Shown here: piece by piece, positions 1 to 9,664 of the stretch | Numbering within the stretch: the stretch's first letter is position 1 | Layout: every line of letters begins with the position of its first letter | Source: Bacteriovoracia bacterium | Lineage (GTDB): Bacteria; Bdellovibrionota; Bacteriovoracia; Bacteriovoracales; Bacteriovoracaceae | DNA length: 64,000 nucleotides | Direction: 5' to 3' | NCBI GenBank assembly: GCA_030431635.1 | Contig: JAUIIL010000010.1 | Coordinates: forward strand, 19,093 to 83,092 | Position numbers and translations under genes: made by a program | Notes under the pieces: model-generated | Database searches by the model: none | What the model saw: the letters and a program-made list of their open reading frames with translations, nothing else | What the model was told of the DNA's origin: nothing

Positions 1-1255
1 CGAGAGCATCTGAGATTTCAACATCAATTTTTGGACCATAAAAAGCCCCATCGCCTTCTTTGATTTTCCATTCATGGCCACTATTTTCTAGGGCACTCTT
101 TAATGAATCCTCTGCTTGATTCCATGTCTCAATTTCTCCAACATACTTCTCAGGTCGAGTAGATAAATTAATCTTGATATCTTTAAACCCAAAATGTTTA
201 TAAGCGATAAAGAACATATTCATAAGTTCTAAAACTTCAGCTTGAATACTATCTTTGGGAAGAAAAATATGAGCGTCGTCTTGGCAGAATGTTCTAACTC
301 TCGTTAATCCGGCAAGCGTTCCAGATTTTTCATAACGATGCAAGCGTCCAAAGTCAGCGTATCTTAAAGGTAAATCACGATAACTATATTTAAAATGTTT
401 GTACATTAACATGTGGCAAGGACAGTTCATTGGTTTGACAGCGAACTCTCTTCCTTCAACAGGTGTGAAAAACATATTTTCTTTGTAGTTCTCATAATGA
501 CCACTAGTGTGCCATAGAGAAACATCAAGAATTTGAGGAGTGATAACTTCTTTATAATTGAATTTAGTATAAAGCCGGCGGACAAAATCAACGAGCTCGT
601 TGTAGATGATTGTTCCCTTAGGAAGAAAAAAAGGAGAACCTGGGGCAAGGGGATCGAAGTGAAAAAGCTCTAGCTCTTTACCAAGTTTTCTATGATCTCT
701 CTTTTTTGCTTCTTCTAAATTAAAGAGGTATTGCTTAAGATCTTTTTTGTTATCAAAATGAGCCGCATAAATACGTTGAATCATTGGTCGAGACTCATCT
801 CCTCTCCAATAAGCTCCTGCTGTATGAAGTAACTTAAAAAAGGGAGGGATATGTGAAGTATTATCTACGTGTGGGCCACGGCAAAGATCAATGAAGCGCT
901 CAAGTGAGCCATTAGAATAATAAGTAATCGCTTCACCTTCAGGGAAATCCTTAATGAGTTCTTGTTTAAGGGATTGTCCTTTCTGGCCAAAAAGTTCAGC
1001 TGCTTTATTGCGTTCAATTTCAAAGCGCTCAACTGGTAAACCTTCTTTGATAATTGATAGCATCTTATTTTCAATCTCTTCAAAATGCTCTTCGGTAATT
1101 CGGGTGTTCATTTCTATATCGTAATAGAATCCATTATCAATAACGGGTCCAATCCCAAGCTTAACTTCTTCATTGGGAAAAAGTTCCATAATTGCTTGGG
1201 CCATAAGGTGGGCACATGAATGTCTGAGTGTTTCTAAATCATACTTTTTACTCAT
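1..1255 (-). CDS. thrS: Threonyl-tRNA synthetase (N-terminal ~418 aa; C-terminus lies beyond the window start)
   Basis: Missing from the ORF track because it runs off the edge. My minus-strand translation from ATG (1255-1253) reads MSKKYDLETLRHSCAHLMAQAI...CRGPHV...YWRGDE...FAVKPMNCPCHMLMY...FGRLHRYEKSG...RVRTFCQDDAHIF. This covers the ThrRS editing-domain HxxxH, the zinc site and class II motifs. An SD (AAAGGAAA) lies upstream. Confidence 0.95.
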   Translation of the reverse strand, partial: MSKKYDLETLRHSCAHLMAQAIMELFPNEEVKLGIGPVIDNGFYYDIEMNTRITEEHFEEIENKMLSIIKEGLPVERFEIERNKAAELFGQKGQSLKQELIKDFPEGEAITYYSNGSLERFIDLCRGPHVDNTSHIPPFFKLLHTAGAYWRGDESRPMIQRIYAAHFDNKKDLKQYLFNLEEAKKRDHRKLGKELELFHFDPLAPGSPFFLPKGTIIYNELVDFVRRLYTKFNYKEVITPQILDVSLWHTSGHYENYKENMFFTPVEGREFAVKPMNCPCHMLMYKHFKYSYRDLPLRYADFGRLHRYEKSGTLAGLTRVRTFCQDDAHIFLPKDSIQAEVLELMNMFFIAYKHFGFKDIKINLSTRPEKYVGEIETWNQAEDSLKSALENSGHEWKIKEGDGAFYGPKIDVEISDAL

Positions 1256-1544
1256 GAAAATTTCCTTTCAAAAATAGAGGTCAAATCTACCAACGTAATC
1301 TTTGTTTTGCAAAGAAGCAAAGAGCTTCTTCTTAATCGTTTGTGGTCAGTTGAGATGTATGAAAAAATTAATCCTTTATTAACATTTCAAACAAAAATGT
1401 AAGAAAATGGAGTGTTTCAAGAAAAAAAAATGGCAATATCGGCACTAAGTAGTTGAAAATACAAGAAAGGACTCAATAAGCTTATTTTACAAATAGTCGA
1501 GCTTTATTGTAAGGTTAGCCCAGCAGTTTGAGACTGGAGGGAAA

Positions 1545-2822
1545 ATGGAGACAATAAATCAGGTAGGTTCTATTTCTGAATCTTCACTAATCGACGCAAC
1601 AATGGGCAGGGCCACCCTAGACTTAAAAAGGGATGACAGCTTTGTTTCTGATTATCAGGATCAGGAAAGGGTTATGGGACAAGGCTTTTATCGTTTAGCG
1701 AAGGTCTATTACGACAAATCAGATCTAAGAAAAGCAGAAGAGTTTTTTATTAAGTCGCTTGAGAAAACTCGTTTTCCTCGAGATGCTTTTGCTATGTTTA
1801 AGATACATGGTTTCCTTATTAGAGTTTACTCTGAAGGGATGCAAGAAGCAAAAGCTGAGCACCATATTCAATGTTCAGAAATTCTTTTAGAAAAATTAGC
1901 AAACTCATTAGGAACTCTTAATGCGGAATATTTTTATAATTTAGGGGTTGTGAATACTTATAGAGGGAACTTCAAAGAAGCTCGAAAAAACTTCACTCTT
2001 ACTTATAAAAAGGCTCAGGAAGAGCATGAGCCTGAACTTGTTTCTAAATCTCTTTATGCTCTTGCAACTAATTACCAAAGTACAGGAGAGAACGAGCTTT
2101 CCTTAACTTACTTAAAGCAATTAGAAGAACTCTTGCATATTCTCAATAAAGATTACCTCAAAGGAAGTATGTATATTCTTTCAGGACATGTTTATGTGGG
2201 GCTCGGAAAGTTTGAGGACGCTTTAGATAGTTATGAAAAAGCGATTAAGACCCTTCAAGGAAAAACGTCTTGGAATTTATATAGTTATATCCTTTTATAT
2301 AAAGGAGTTGTTTACAAAAAAGTAGGGGAGTACAACAAGGCCCTAATGCTTTTTAATCTTGCATCTACTTCCATTGATGAAATGGTTTTTAAAAGATTAA
2401 GCGAGAAAATTAGAGCAGAAGTTGATGATGTTAATGATTCTAGTGTCGATCTTTATCTTGATCGCCACAACCGACTTATCAATGAAAAAGATATTGGGAT
2501 TATTGATTTTAAACACCGATTTGTTTTATTAGAAATCCTCTTTCTTCTTGCAAGAAGTCCGGGGGAGTATTTTAACAAAGATGATCTGGCCAAGAATATC
2601 TGGAAAGATGAATATAACCCGCTTATTCATGACAAGTTGATTTATACAAGTATAAGTCGTTTGAGAAAACTAATAGAGCCAAAAGGCAATGATAGAAAAT
2701 ATATTATCAGAGGCAAAGATGGCTATACATTTAACCCAAGTGTAAAAGCACGATTCCATAAAGAGAATGAAACCCAGGGACAAAGAACAATCGCTAACGT
2801 TGAAATTAGCTCTCCTGTGTAG
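1545..2822 (+). CDS. TPR-repeat protein with C-terminal OmpR/PhoB-type winged-helix DNA-binding domain (no receiver domain)
   Basis: The N-terminal ~290 aa carry repeated TPR-like A/Y/L patterns (YYDKSDLRKAEEFFIKSL, YNLGVVNTYRGNFKEARKNF, GHVYVGLGKFEDALDSYEKAI). The C-terminus FVLLEILFLLARSPGEYFNKDDLAKNIWKDEYNPLIHDKLIYTSISRLRKLIEP...YIIRGKDGYTF matches the trans_reg_C pattern. Confidence 0.7.
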   Translation: METINQVGSISESSLIDATMGRATLDLKRDDSFVSDYQDQERVMGQGFYRLAKVYYDKSDLRKAEEFFIKSLEKTRFPRDAFAMFKIHGFLIRVYSEGMQEAKAEHHIQCSEILLEKLANSLGTLNAEYFYNLGVVNTYRGNFKEARKNFTLTYKKAQEEHEPELVSKSLYALATNYQSTGENELSLTYLKQLEELLHILNKDYLKGSMYILSGHVYVGLGKFEDALDSYEKAIKTLQGKTSWNLYSYILLYKGVVYKKVGEYNKALMLFNLASTSIDEMVFKRLSEKIRAEVDDVNDSSVDLYLDRHNRLINEKDIGIIDFKHRFVLLEILFLLARSPGEYFNKDDLAKNIWKDEYNPLIHDKLIYTSISRLRKLIEPKGNDRKYIIRGKDGYTFNPSVKARFHKENETQGQRTIANVEISSPV

Positions 2823-3468
2823 CTTCTTCTTTATTTTAAGTCGAACAAACATAGTTTTGGCCAATTTAAAAGATGAAGACTCCTCCTTCAGTTATGTGAA
2901 GGAGGACCGGATTCTTTTTCGAGTTCTAAGCGATACCTATACACAGTCAGAGCTTTCGCATTTCTCTCTTTATCTTCAAGATTTTAAATGCATGTATCCA
3001 CAGTCTTTATTTTTGGACACCTTACTTTCTAAAAGAAAAGAATTCCTTGAGATTCAAAAGAAAAAGATAAAAAAAGAAGTGAACGAAAAAGATAGAGAGC
3101 TTTTTGATCTCTTTAAAACTCTTATTAAAATCAATAAATACACCCAGGCGCAGCCTGTACAAGTGGCTTCTGAACTTTATTTGGCCATGAAAGATGCCGC
3201 TAAAATTTCAAATTGCAAGAAAGTTTTTGCAGGTACATTTGATAGAACTTTTAAAAACTTAGTAAGAACAGAAGTTTATTTTCAAAAACGTTTTCAAGGT
3301 AAAACATTTCTCATTAGCGAGCAGGAGCTTAAAAATGCAATGAAAACAATGCCTGGTCTATCTAAAGAGGAAGTAAGAAAAAAAGAAGAGAATAAAAGAA
3401 AAGAAAGCGCAATCGATCTTTTTATTAGTTCTGTTAAAAAGCAAGTGGCCCATGAAGACTTTTATTAA
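2767..3468 (+). CDS. Hypothetical protein, hydrophobic N-terminus, Lys/Glu-rich
   Basis: 233-aa ORF overlapping the upstream gene by 56 nt. It has a signal/anchor-like LKLALLCSFFFILSRTNIVLA and no recognisable motif. The start is uncertain. Confidence 0.4.
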   Translation: MKPRDKEQSLTLKLALLCSFFFILSRTNIVLANLKDEDSSFSYVKEDRILFRVLSDTYTQSELSHFSLYLQDFKCMYPQSLFLDTLLSKRKEFLEIQKKKIKKEVNEKDRELFDLFKTLIKINKYTQAQPVQVASELYLAMKDAAKISNCKKVFAGTFDRTFKNLVRTEVYFQKRFQGKTFLISEQELKNAMKTMPGLSKEEVRKKEENKRKESAIDLFISSVKKQVAHEDFY

Positions 3469-3895
3469 TCAAGGGATACTAGATATCAATCAAGATGATC
3501 TGTTACGTTTATCTCATATCGATTCACTTTTTTTTGATTATCCTTGGAAGAGTAGAGATTGGTTAGATTTAGCAAACTCAGAGCAACACTGTCTTATTTT
3601 TGATGAGCATTATAACTTCATTCTTTTTTATCTGAGTCCCTTAGAAGAAATGGCCCATTTATTAAAAATCTTAGTCCTGCCTGAATTTCGTCGACAAGGA
3701 TTGGCTCAATTGTTATTCCAAAAAGCCGTTAAAACTTTGAACCCCCAAGGTTACAAGAGTCTTTTTTTAGAAGTCAGAGAGAACAATGAGGGAGCTATAA
3801 ATTTTTATCTCAAAAACGATTTCAAGAAACTAGAACTTGTTCAGAAATATTACTCAGATGGACAAAATGCTTGGAGAATGATGACTTCTTTTTAA
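3452..3895 (+). CDS. GNAT family N-acetyltransferase (RimI-like size and motifs)
   Basis: 147 aa. The acetyl-CoA motif is ILVLPEFRRQGLAQLLFQKAV, followed by LFLEVRENNEGAINFYLKNDFKK. Confidence 0.7.
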   Translation: MKTFINQGILDINQDDLLRLSHIDSLFFDYPWKSRDWLDLANSEQHCLIFDEHYNFILFYLSPLEEMAHLLKILVLPEFRRQGLAQLLFQKAVKTLNPQGYKSLFLEVRENNEGAINFYLKNDFKKLELVQKYYSDGQNAWRMMTSF

Positions 3896-4482
3896 AGAGC
3901 GTAAGAGATTCCAATTGAAATAATATCATTATCAATAGAAAGTCCGTTTCCTACATCAAGTTCTCTGGGGGAATAGCTTAGTGAAGTTCCTATTTTTTTA
4001 TTTAAGATAACTTCGAGACCTAAATTAGGATAAACACTGCTATTTGTTTGCTGTTGAGAGCGAGAAAAAAGCAGAGATTTATTTTGTTGAATCCCTAGGT
4101 TTAAGCCGACGTAAGGTCTCAGGAGGTTTTTTTCAAAAGTAAAAGAGAGCCCAAGTCTTTGTTCTAAAGAAGCCTCTGTCGAGATTATTTGATTTTTTTG
4201 ACCATTTATGAGCTCACTTCCTGTAAGTCGTTTAAGGGAGATGGCCGTTGCATAAAATGAGTTTCCATCCAAAGAAAAATTTTTCCTTGCAGATACGGAA
4301 AGTCCCCTCATGACTATTTCTGTCGATTTGAGTTGAAGTTGCCCTTGAGAAAAAGAAGCCTCGAGCTGAGATTGGTTATTGATTTCTTTAGCAGGAGAGC
4401 CTTGAGTAGAAGTGCTCATTAGATTTTGAGAGTAAGCACTTAAACTTGAAATTAAAAAGAATAGAGCTAATTTTTTCTTCAT
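3892..4482 (-). CDS. Putative small outer-membrane beta-barrel protein
   Basis: Signal peptide MKKKLALFFLISSLSAYSQN, alternating hydrophobic beta-strand pattern, 196 aa. No enzymatic motif. Confidence 0.45.
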   Translation of the reverse strand: MKKKLALFFLISSLSAYSQNLMSTSTQGSPAKEINNQSQLEASFSQGQLQLKSTEIVMRGLSVSARKNFSLDGNSFYATAISLKRLTGSELINGQKNQIISTEASLEQRLGLSFTFEKNLLRPYVGLNLGIQQNKSLLFSRSQQQTNSSVYPNLGLEVILNKKIGTSLSYSPRELDVGNGLSIDNDIISIGISYAL

Positions 4483-4745
4483 TGTTTTTCTCTCTGCACG
4501 GGATTCAAAGCGACCGATTAGGCGTTATTCTAACTCAATGCTCCAACCCGTATAAGACAGATTGTAACTTTTCCTGATCACGTGAAGAAGTTAGACACTT
4601 CAAATTGGCGTGTGATTTTAACAGGTTATGCTCTACATTAACCCATTGTCGTATGTAAGTACTTATAATTATAATAGTTTAGTTGATTTTTGGTCTTAAT
4701 ATTGATAGATAGAGATATCTTTTAGCAATATTTGTTTTTTTGTTA

Positions 4746-4777
4746 GGGGTGAACTTTTTGTTTCACCCTTTTTTTTT
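4746..4777 (+). terminator. Intrinsic-terminator-like hairpin plus T9 in the rimP leader (candidate attenuator)
   Basis: GGGTGAA (4747-4753) pairs with TTCACCC (4762-4768) around an 8-nt loop. Nine T follow (4769-4777), ending 11 nt before the rimP ATG. Confidence 0.6.
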
Positions 4778-4787
4778 GGAAATAAAA

Positions 4788-5309
4788 ATGTTTTTAGACA
4801 AAGAACGCAGTGGTCTTGAGAAAAAATTTTTTGAAATGAGTTCTGAAATTATTCAGAACTGTGGTTATGAATTATATGACCTTGATTATCTTCAAGGTTC
4901 TCAGACTCTTCGAGTTTTTATAAGAAACCCTGAAACTGATACTGCTGATTTAGAGGATTGTGTAAAAATTGATAGGGCCTTAACTCCTTTTATTCAAGAA
5001 GAATCCTGGGTGCCAGAGTCTCTTGTGTTAGAAGTTTCCTCTCCAGGTATTTATCGAAACTTGAAAACAAGAAAGCATTTTGAAGAGTCTTTAGATGAAG
5101 TGATCTCATTAACTGTCGTAGGAGATTTAAAAGCTGAAAAGAATAAGGAGATTAATCCTAAGGTTCTTAAGCAGAAAAAATTTAGAGGCCTATTAAAGAG
5201 CGTTGGTAGTGAAGAAATAAACCTTGAAACAGAAAACAAAATTTTAGCGATAGATTTTGACCAAATAAAGAAAGCAAATATTGATCCAGACTTTGAGGAT
5301 CTAACTTAG
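4788..5309 (+). CDS. rimP: Ribosome maturation factor RimP
   Basis: ELYDLDY...LRVFI...DLEDCVKIDRALTPFI...LEVSSPGIYRNLK is typical RimP, and the gene sits directly upstream of nusA. I prefer ATG 4788 over the track TTG at 4740, which would translate through the hairpin. Confidence 0.85.
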   Translation: MFLDKERSGLEKKFFEMSSEIIQNCGYELYDLDYLQGSQTLRVFIRNPETDTADLEDCVKIDRALTPFIQEESWVPESLVLEVSSPGIYRNLKTRKHFEESLDEVISLTVVGDLKAEKNKEINPKVLKQKKFRGLLKSVGSEEINLETENKILAIDFDQIKKANIDPDFEDLT

Positions 5310-5319
5310 GAGAACAAAA

Positions 5320-6735
5320 GTGAACTTTTCAGAATTAGGAAGAGTAATTGAACAACTCGGAAAAGACAGAGGAATTAAAAAAGAAGTCGTTATCGGAGCT
5401 ATTGAGCAAGCATTTTTGGTAACAGCAAGAAAAAAGTTTGGAATTCAAGGTGAATTTGAAGCCAGATATAACGAAGAAGATGGCGATATTGAAATTTATC
5501 AATACAAAAACGTTGTCAAAGAAGTTCGTGACCCAATTGTTGAAATAGCCCATGAAGCAGCGAAAGAGCTTGATGAGGATTGTGAGGTTGGAGATCAGCT
5601 AGGTCTTAAAATTGATGACCCTAAATTCTCAAGAGTTGATATTCAAACAGCGAAGCAAATTATCTTCCAAAAAGTGAGAGATGCTGAAAGAGATATTCTT
5701 TTCTCTGAATTTAAACACAGAGAAGGAGAGCTTGTTACAGGTATTGCTCGTCGCTATGAAAGAGGAAATGTTGTTGTTGATCTTGGTAAAGCAGATGCTG
5801 TTCTTCCACGTAGAGAAATTATTTACGGAGAAACGTTCAAGCCTGGTGATAGAATTCAAGCTTATCTTTCAGATGTTATTATGACTAACAGAGGTCCAGA
5901 AATTCGTTTAACAAGGACTTCTCCTTTGTTTTTAGTTAAACTTTTTGAAGTTGAAGTTCCTGAAGTGGCTGATGGGACAATTGAAATTAAGTCAGCAGCC
6001 AGAGAGCCTGGGCATAGAGCGAAGGTCGCAGTTTTCACCACTGATAGAGATATCGACCCTGTAGGGGCTTGTGTTGGGATGAAAGGATCGAGAGTTCAGC
6101 AAATTGTGAATGAGCTTCAAGGTGAAAAAATTGATATTGTAAAATGGAATGAAGATCTTGAAACTTTTGCAAGAGCAGCTCTTGCTCCTGCAGAGATTAC
6201 TTCAATTGCTATTAACGATGCAGAAAATACAATTGACGTTATTGTTGAAGAAGATCAACTCTCTCTTGCTATTGGTAGAAGAGGGCAAAACGTAAGGCTT
6301 GCAGCTATGCTGACAGGTTGGAAAGTTAATATTGTTTCTAAGTCTAAACTTCAGGATAAAATTAAAAATGCTGTTGCGAACCTTATTCAGCTTGATGGGG
6401 TTAATGAAGCGATTGCTCAGATGCTCGTTCAGGGTGGAATTATGTCTATCATTGATTTAAGTGCAACTGAAGCTGAAGATATTCAAAAACTAACAGAAAA
6501 GTCGCTTGAAGATTCTCAGGCACTTATTGCTACAGCTGCTACGGCGGTCGAAGCTGGGGAGCTTGCTCTTGAGCCTGAAGAAGATGAAGAGATTATTTCT
6601 GCTTCAGCGGTTCCATCTGAAAGAGGTGGTCTAATAAATAAAGAAAATTCTTCTAAAAAAGAAGATGATTCAGAGAAGTTCTCTGAAGCTGAAAAAAGGC
6701 TAAGAGAAGAATTGGCTGCGTTTAAGCTAAAATAA
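5320..6735 (+). CDS. nusA: Transcription termination/antitermination factor NusA
   Basis: GTG start with SD TAGGAGAA. Contains an N-terminal domain, S1 (GELVTGIARRYERGNVVVDLG), two KH domains (GACVGMKGSRVQ, AIGRRGQNVRLA) and one C-terminal HhH-like acidic repeat. Confidence 0.95.
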   Translation: MNFSELGRVIEQLGKDRGIKKEVVIGAIEQAFLVTARKKFGIQGEFEARYNEEDGDIEIYQYKNVVKEVRDPIVEIAHEAAKELDEDCEVGDQLGLKIDDPKFSRVDIQTAKQIIFQKVRDAERDILFSEFKHREGELVTGIARRYERGNVVVDLGKADAVLPRREIIYGETFKPGDRIQAYLSDVIMTNRGPEIRLTRTSPLFLVKLFEVEVPEVADGTIEIKSAAREPGHRAKVAVFTTDRDIDPVGACVGMKGSRVQQIVNELQGEKIDIVKWNEDLETFARAALAPAEITSIAINDAENTIDVIVEEDQLSLAIGRRGQNVRLAAMLTGWKVNIVSKSKLQDKIKNAVANLIQLDGVNEAIAQMLVQGGIMSIIDLSATEAEDIQKLTEKSLEDSQALIATAATAVEAGELALEPEEDEEIISASAVPSERGGLINKENSSKKEDDSEKFSEAEKRLREELAAFKLK

Positions 6736-6762
6736 ATAGAACCTTTTGGGAGTTAAAATTGT

Positions 6763-9312
6763 ATGAAAGTTTATGAACTAGCTAAAGAATTAGATATTGG
6801 GGCTATCGACCTAGTTGAAAAACTAAAGTCTTTGGGAATGAATGTTCGTAACCACATGGTTTCCCTCTCTGACGAAGAGTTAGTAAAAGCACGAGAAGCT
6901 TATACTCCAAGTGAAGAGGAAAAAACTTCAGTAAAAAAAGTTGTTAAAAAGAAAGCTGCGAAAAAGAAAACAGCGAAGAAAGCGTCTGCCTCTAAAAAAG
7001 TAGTCACCGTTAAAAGAAAGGCCAAGACAACAAAGAAGAAAGTCGCAAAATCTGCGGAAGAGGCATCATCTCCAGAGAGTCAAGTGATTGGCCCAGAAGT
7101 TGATACTGATACAACTCTTTCACAGCAAACTTCAGAGAGCTTTGAAAATACAAAAAAAGAGTATCTTGACGCAAAAGAGTCTCTTCATACTTTTACTCCA
7201 GTTTTCACACCAGAAACTTCAGAAGATGATGATTCTAGAGGAGCGAAAGAAGAAAAAGCTAGAGATATTAATGATGATGTACCATTAGATGAAATTGACT
7301 CTCGAGCCGACAAAGATGAGAAGTCTAAAAAACGTCTTGGTGGTCTTGCGGCAATGGTGAGTAAAAAAGGAGTAAGTCGTTCCCAAGATATTCAAATGCT
7401 TCGAGTTGAAGAAGAAATGAAGCTTGCAAGTACAGTTGTTGGAAGAACTGTTTACACGCCAGCTAAGAAAAAGAAAGTTTATACTGGAGCGACGAAACAA
7501 ACTGAGATTACAGAAGTTAAAGCAAGTAAAAGAGTTGTTCATTTGCATGATGGGGCACTTGCAGGTGAATTGGCAGATAAGCTCAGCCAGAAGTTCGAAA
7601 GCTTTGCTAATACTTGTTTACAACTTAATCTCTTAGTAAAACCTGATGATTATATCGGAATGAGTTTAGCTTCAGAAATCGCAGCTCTTTATGACTACCG
7701 AGTTGAAAATAAAGCTTTCGATGAAGCAGAGCTTATTGCTGCTGATGATAGTATTGATAAAGAAAAACTTCCTTTGAGAAATCCTATTATAACGGTTATG
7801 GGTCACGTTGATCACGGTAAGACGACTCTACTTGATTATATAAGAAAAGCGAAAGTTGCTTCTGGTGAAGCGGGTGGGATTACTCAGCATATTGGAGCTT
7901 ATTCAGTTGATGTTAAGAAAACTCGTCTAACTTTTCTGGATACCCCTGGCCATGCTGCTTTTGGAGCTATGAGACAACGTGGGGCCAATGTCACAGATGT
8001 TGTGATTCTTGTTGTTGCTGCTGATGACGGTGTTATGCCTCAAACAAAAGAATCGATTCGTTTTTGTAAAAACGCAAATGTCCCTATTATTGTTGCTGTT
8101 AACAAAATGGATAAAGAGGGAGCCAACCCTGAAAAAGTAAAACAAGAATTAATGGAGTTTGAATTAACTCCAGAAGAGTGGGGTGGAGACACTTTATATG
8201 TTCCAGTGTCAGCTCTCACTGGAGATGGAGTTGATTCACTTCTGGAAACTGTGAGCCTTCAAGCTGAAATGATGGAGCTCAGAGCTGATCCTAAGGGACG
8301 TGCTAAGGGTGTTGTGATTGAATCAAAAATTGAACAAGGAAGAGGAGCTGTTGCCACGATTCTTGTTCAAGAAGGGACTTTGAAAAAAGGTGATTCAGTC
8401 GTTGTCGGTGAAACTTGGGGAAGAGCGAGAAGTCTTATGGATAGTACAGGGGTCATGCTCAAGGAAGCTGGGCCATCAATGCCTGTTCAAGTTTTGGGAC
8501 TAAATGAAGCTCCATCACCTGGTGATCTCGTTCATGTTGTGAAGAATGATAAAGAAGCCAAGAAAGTTGTTGATAATAGAGTTGATGAAAGAAAAGCTCT
8601 AGAGCTCGCAAGTAGTAAGAAAGTAAACTCTCTAGAAGATTTCTTTGCTGATGTTGCGGGCCCTGAAGGAGAGAAGAAAACGTTGAATCTTATTGTAAGA
8701 GCTGATGTTCTTGGTTCTTTTGAAGCTATTAAAAACTCTTTGGAGTCTTTAGGAAACGATGAAGTTGGAGTGAGCGTAGTTGGTGGTGGAGTTGGGGCCA
8801 TTGTTGATAATGATGTTGAGATGGCAGCATCAATTTCTGGTTATATTATCGGTTTTAATATGAGGCCAATGACTTCAGCGAGAAGATTGGCTGAGCAAAA
8901 AGGTGTTGATGTTAAGACATATTCAATTATCTATGAACTTATTAATGATATTACACTAGCTCTAGAGGGAATGCTTGAACCTGAATACACAGAGAAGTTT
9001 ATTGGGCGTGCTCAAGTTAAAGATACTTTTAATATTCCTAAAATTGGACTCATTGCAGGTTCTTCTGTTATTGACGGGAAAATTGAGCGTGGTTGTAACA
9101 TTCGTTTACTTCGAGATGGAAAAATCGTTTTTGATGGAAAACTTTCATCCTTAAAGCGGTTTAAAGATGATGTGAAAGAAGTCAAAAATGGTCTTGAATG
9201 TGGGATTGCTCTTGAAGGCTTTAATGATGTAAAAGTTGATGACCTTTTTGAAGCTTATGTTCTAGAAGAGAAATCCAGAAAACTAGACTCAGCTTCAGGC
9301 GTTACATTATAA
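6763..9312 (+). CDS. infB: Translation initiation factor IF-2
   Basis: Lys-rich N-terminus. G domain has [17 protein letters not shown] and NKMD, followed by a conserved C-terminal beta-barrel region. Confidence 0.97.
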   Translation: MKVYELAKELDIGAIDLVEKLKSLGMNVRNHMVSLSDEELVKAREAYTPSEEEKTSVKKVVKKKAAKKKTAKKASASKKVVTVKRKAKTTKKKVAKSAEEASSPESQVIGPEVDTDTTLSQQTSESFENTKKEYLDAKESLHTFTPVFTPETSEDDDSRGAKEEKARDINDDVPLDEIDSRADKDEKSKKRLGGLAAMVSKKGVSRSQDIQMLRVEEEMKLASTVVGRTVYTPAKKKKVYTGATKQTEITEVKASKRVVHLHDGALAGELADKLSQKFESFANTCLQLNLLVKPDDYIGMSLASEIAALYDYRVENKAFDEAELIAADDSIDKEKLPLRNPIITVMGHVDHGKTTLLDYIRKAKVASGEAGGITQHIGAYSVDVKKTRLTFLDTPGHAAFGAMRQRGANVTDVVILVVAADDGVMPQTKESIRFCKNANVPIIVAVNKMDKEGANPEKVKQELMEFELTPEEWGGDTLYVPVSALTGDGVDSLLETVSLQAEMMELRADPKGRAKGVVIESKIEQGRGAVATILVQEGTLKKGDSVVVGETWGRARSLMDSTGVMLKEAGPSMPVQVLGLNEAPSPGDLVHVVKNDKEAKKVVDNRVDERKALELASSKKVNSLEDFFADVAGPEGEKKTLNLIVRADVLGSFEAIKNSLESLGNDEVGVSVVGGGVGAIVDNDVEMAASISGYIIGFNMRPMTSARRLAEQKGVDVKTYSIIYELINDITLALEGMLEPEYTEKFIGRAQVKDTFNIPKIGLIAGSSVIDGKIERGCNIRLLRDGKIVFDGKLSSLKRFKDDVKEVKNGLECGIALEGFNDVKVDDLFEAYVLEEKSRKLDSASGVTL

Positions 9313-9313
9313 G

Positions 9314-9664
9314 ATGAAAAAAAAGCAAAGTTTCTCAAAAGAGAAGTACCAAGAAAAACTTGTTTATGAAATCAATGTTCTTTTAAGAAGAGATTTCGCA
9401 GACCCTAGATTGGCCGCAGTTTCTGTTACTAACGTTGAGTTAAATACAGACTACTCTGTGGCCAAAGTTTTCTGGGACACTTTTGATAATAGTAAAAGAG
9501 GTGAGTGTAAGAAAGCTATCGAAGGAATTTCAGGCAAAATGAGAAGTAAACTGGCTCAAATTCTTGATGTCCGCCACACTCCATCTCTTGAATTCTATTA
9601 TGATTCTCAATTTGATGATGAGAATCATATTATGAATTTGATCAAAAAATCATCTGATGAATAA
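9314..9664 (+). CDS. rbfA: Ribosome-binding factor A
   Basis: 116 aa, with ...DPRLAAVSVTNVELNTDYSVAKVFW...LDVRHTPSLEFYYD. Canonical position after infB. Confidence 0.9.
   Translation: MKKKQSFSKEKYQEKLVYEINVLLRRDFADPRLAAVSVTNVELNTDYSVAKVFWDTFDNSKRGECKKAIEGISGKMRSKLAQILDVRHTPSLEFYYDSQFDDENHIMNLIKKSSDE

Noticed and set aside
427-1083. Track ORFs 427..648 and 865..1083 (minus). The same issue applies to many nested or antisense ORFs, e.g. 5335..5553, 7285..7548, 8532..8801, 12664..12855, 17107..17343, 26491..26679, 44112..44372, 46268..46606, 53375..53623 and 61513..61740.
   Set aside because: They lie in alternative frames or on the opposite strand inside strongly supported genes (thrS, nusA, infB, MMPL, S9 peptidase and others). 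Their translations are low-complexity and carry no motifs.
1436-1463. GCCGATAT (a perfect sigma-28 -10) on the minus strand upstream of thrS.
   Set aside because: The -35 region at N11/N12 is poor (GTATTTTC / TGTATTTT). It lies ~180 nt from the start of a housekeeping gene, so it is probably chance.
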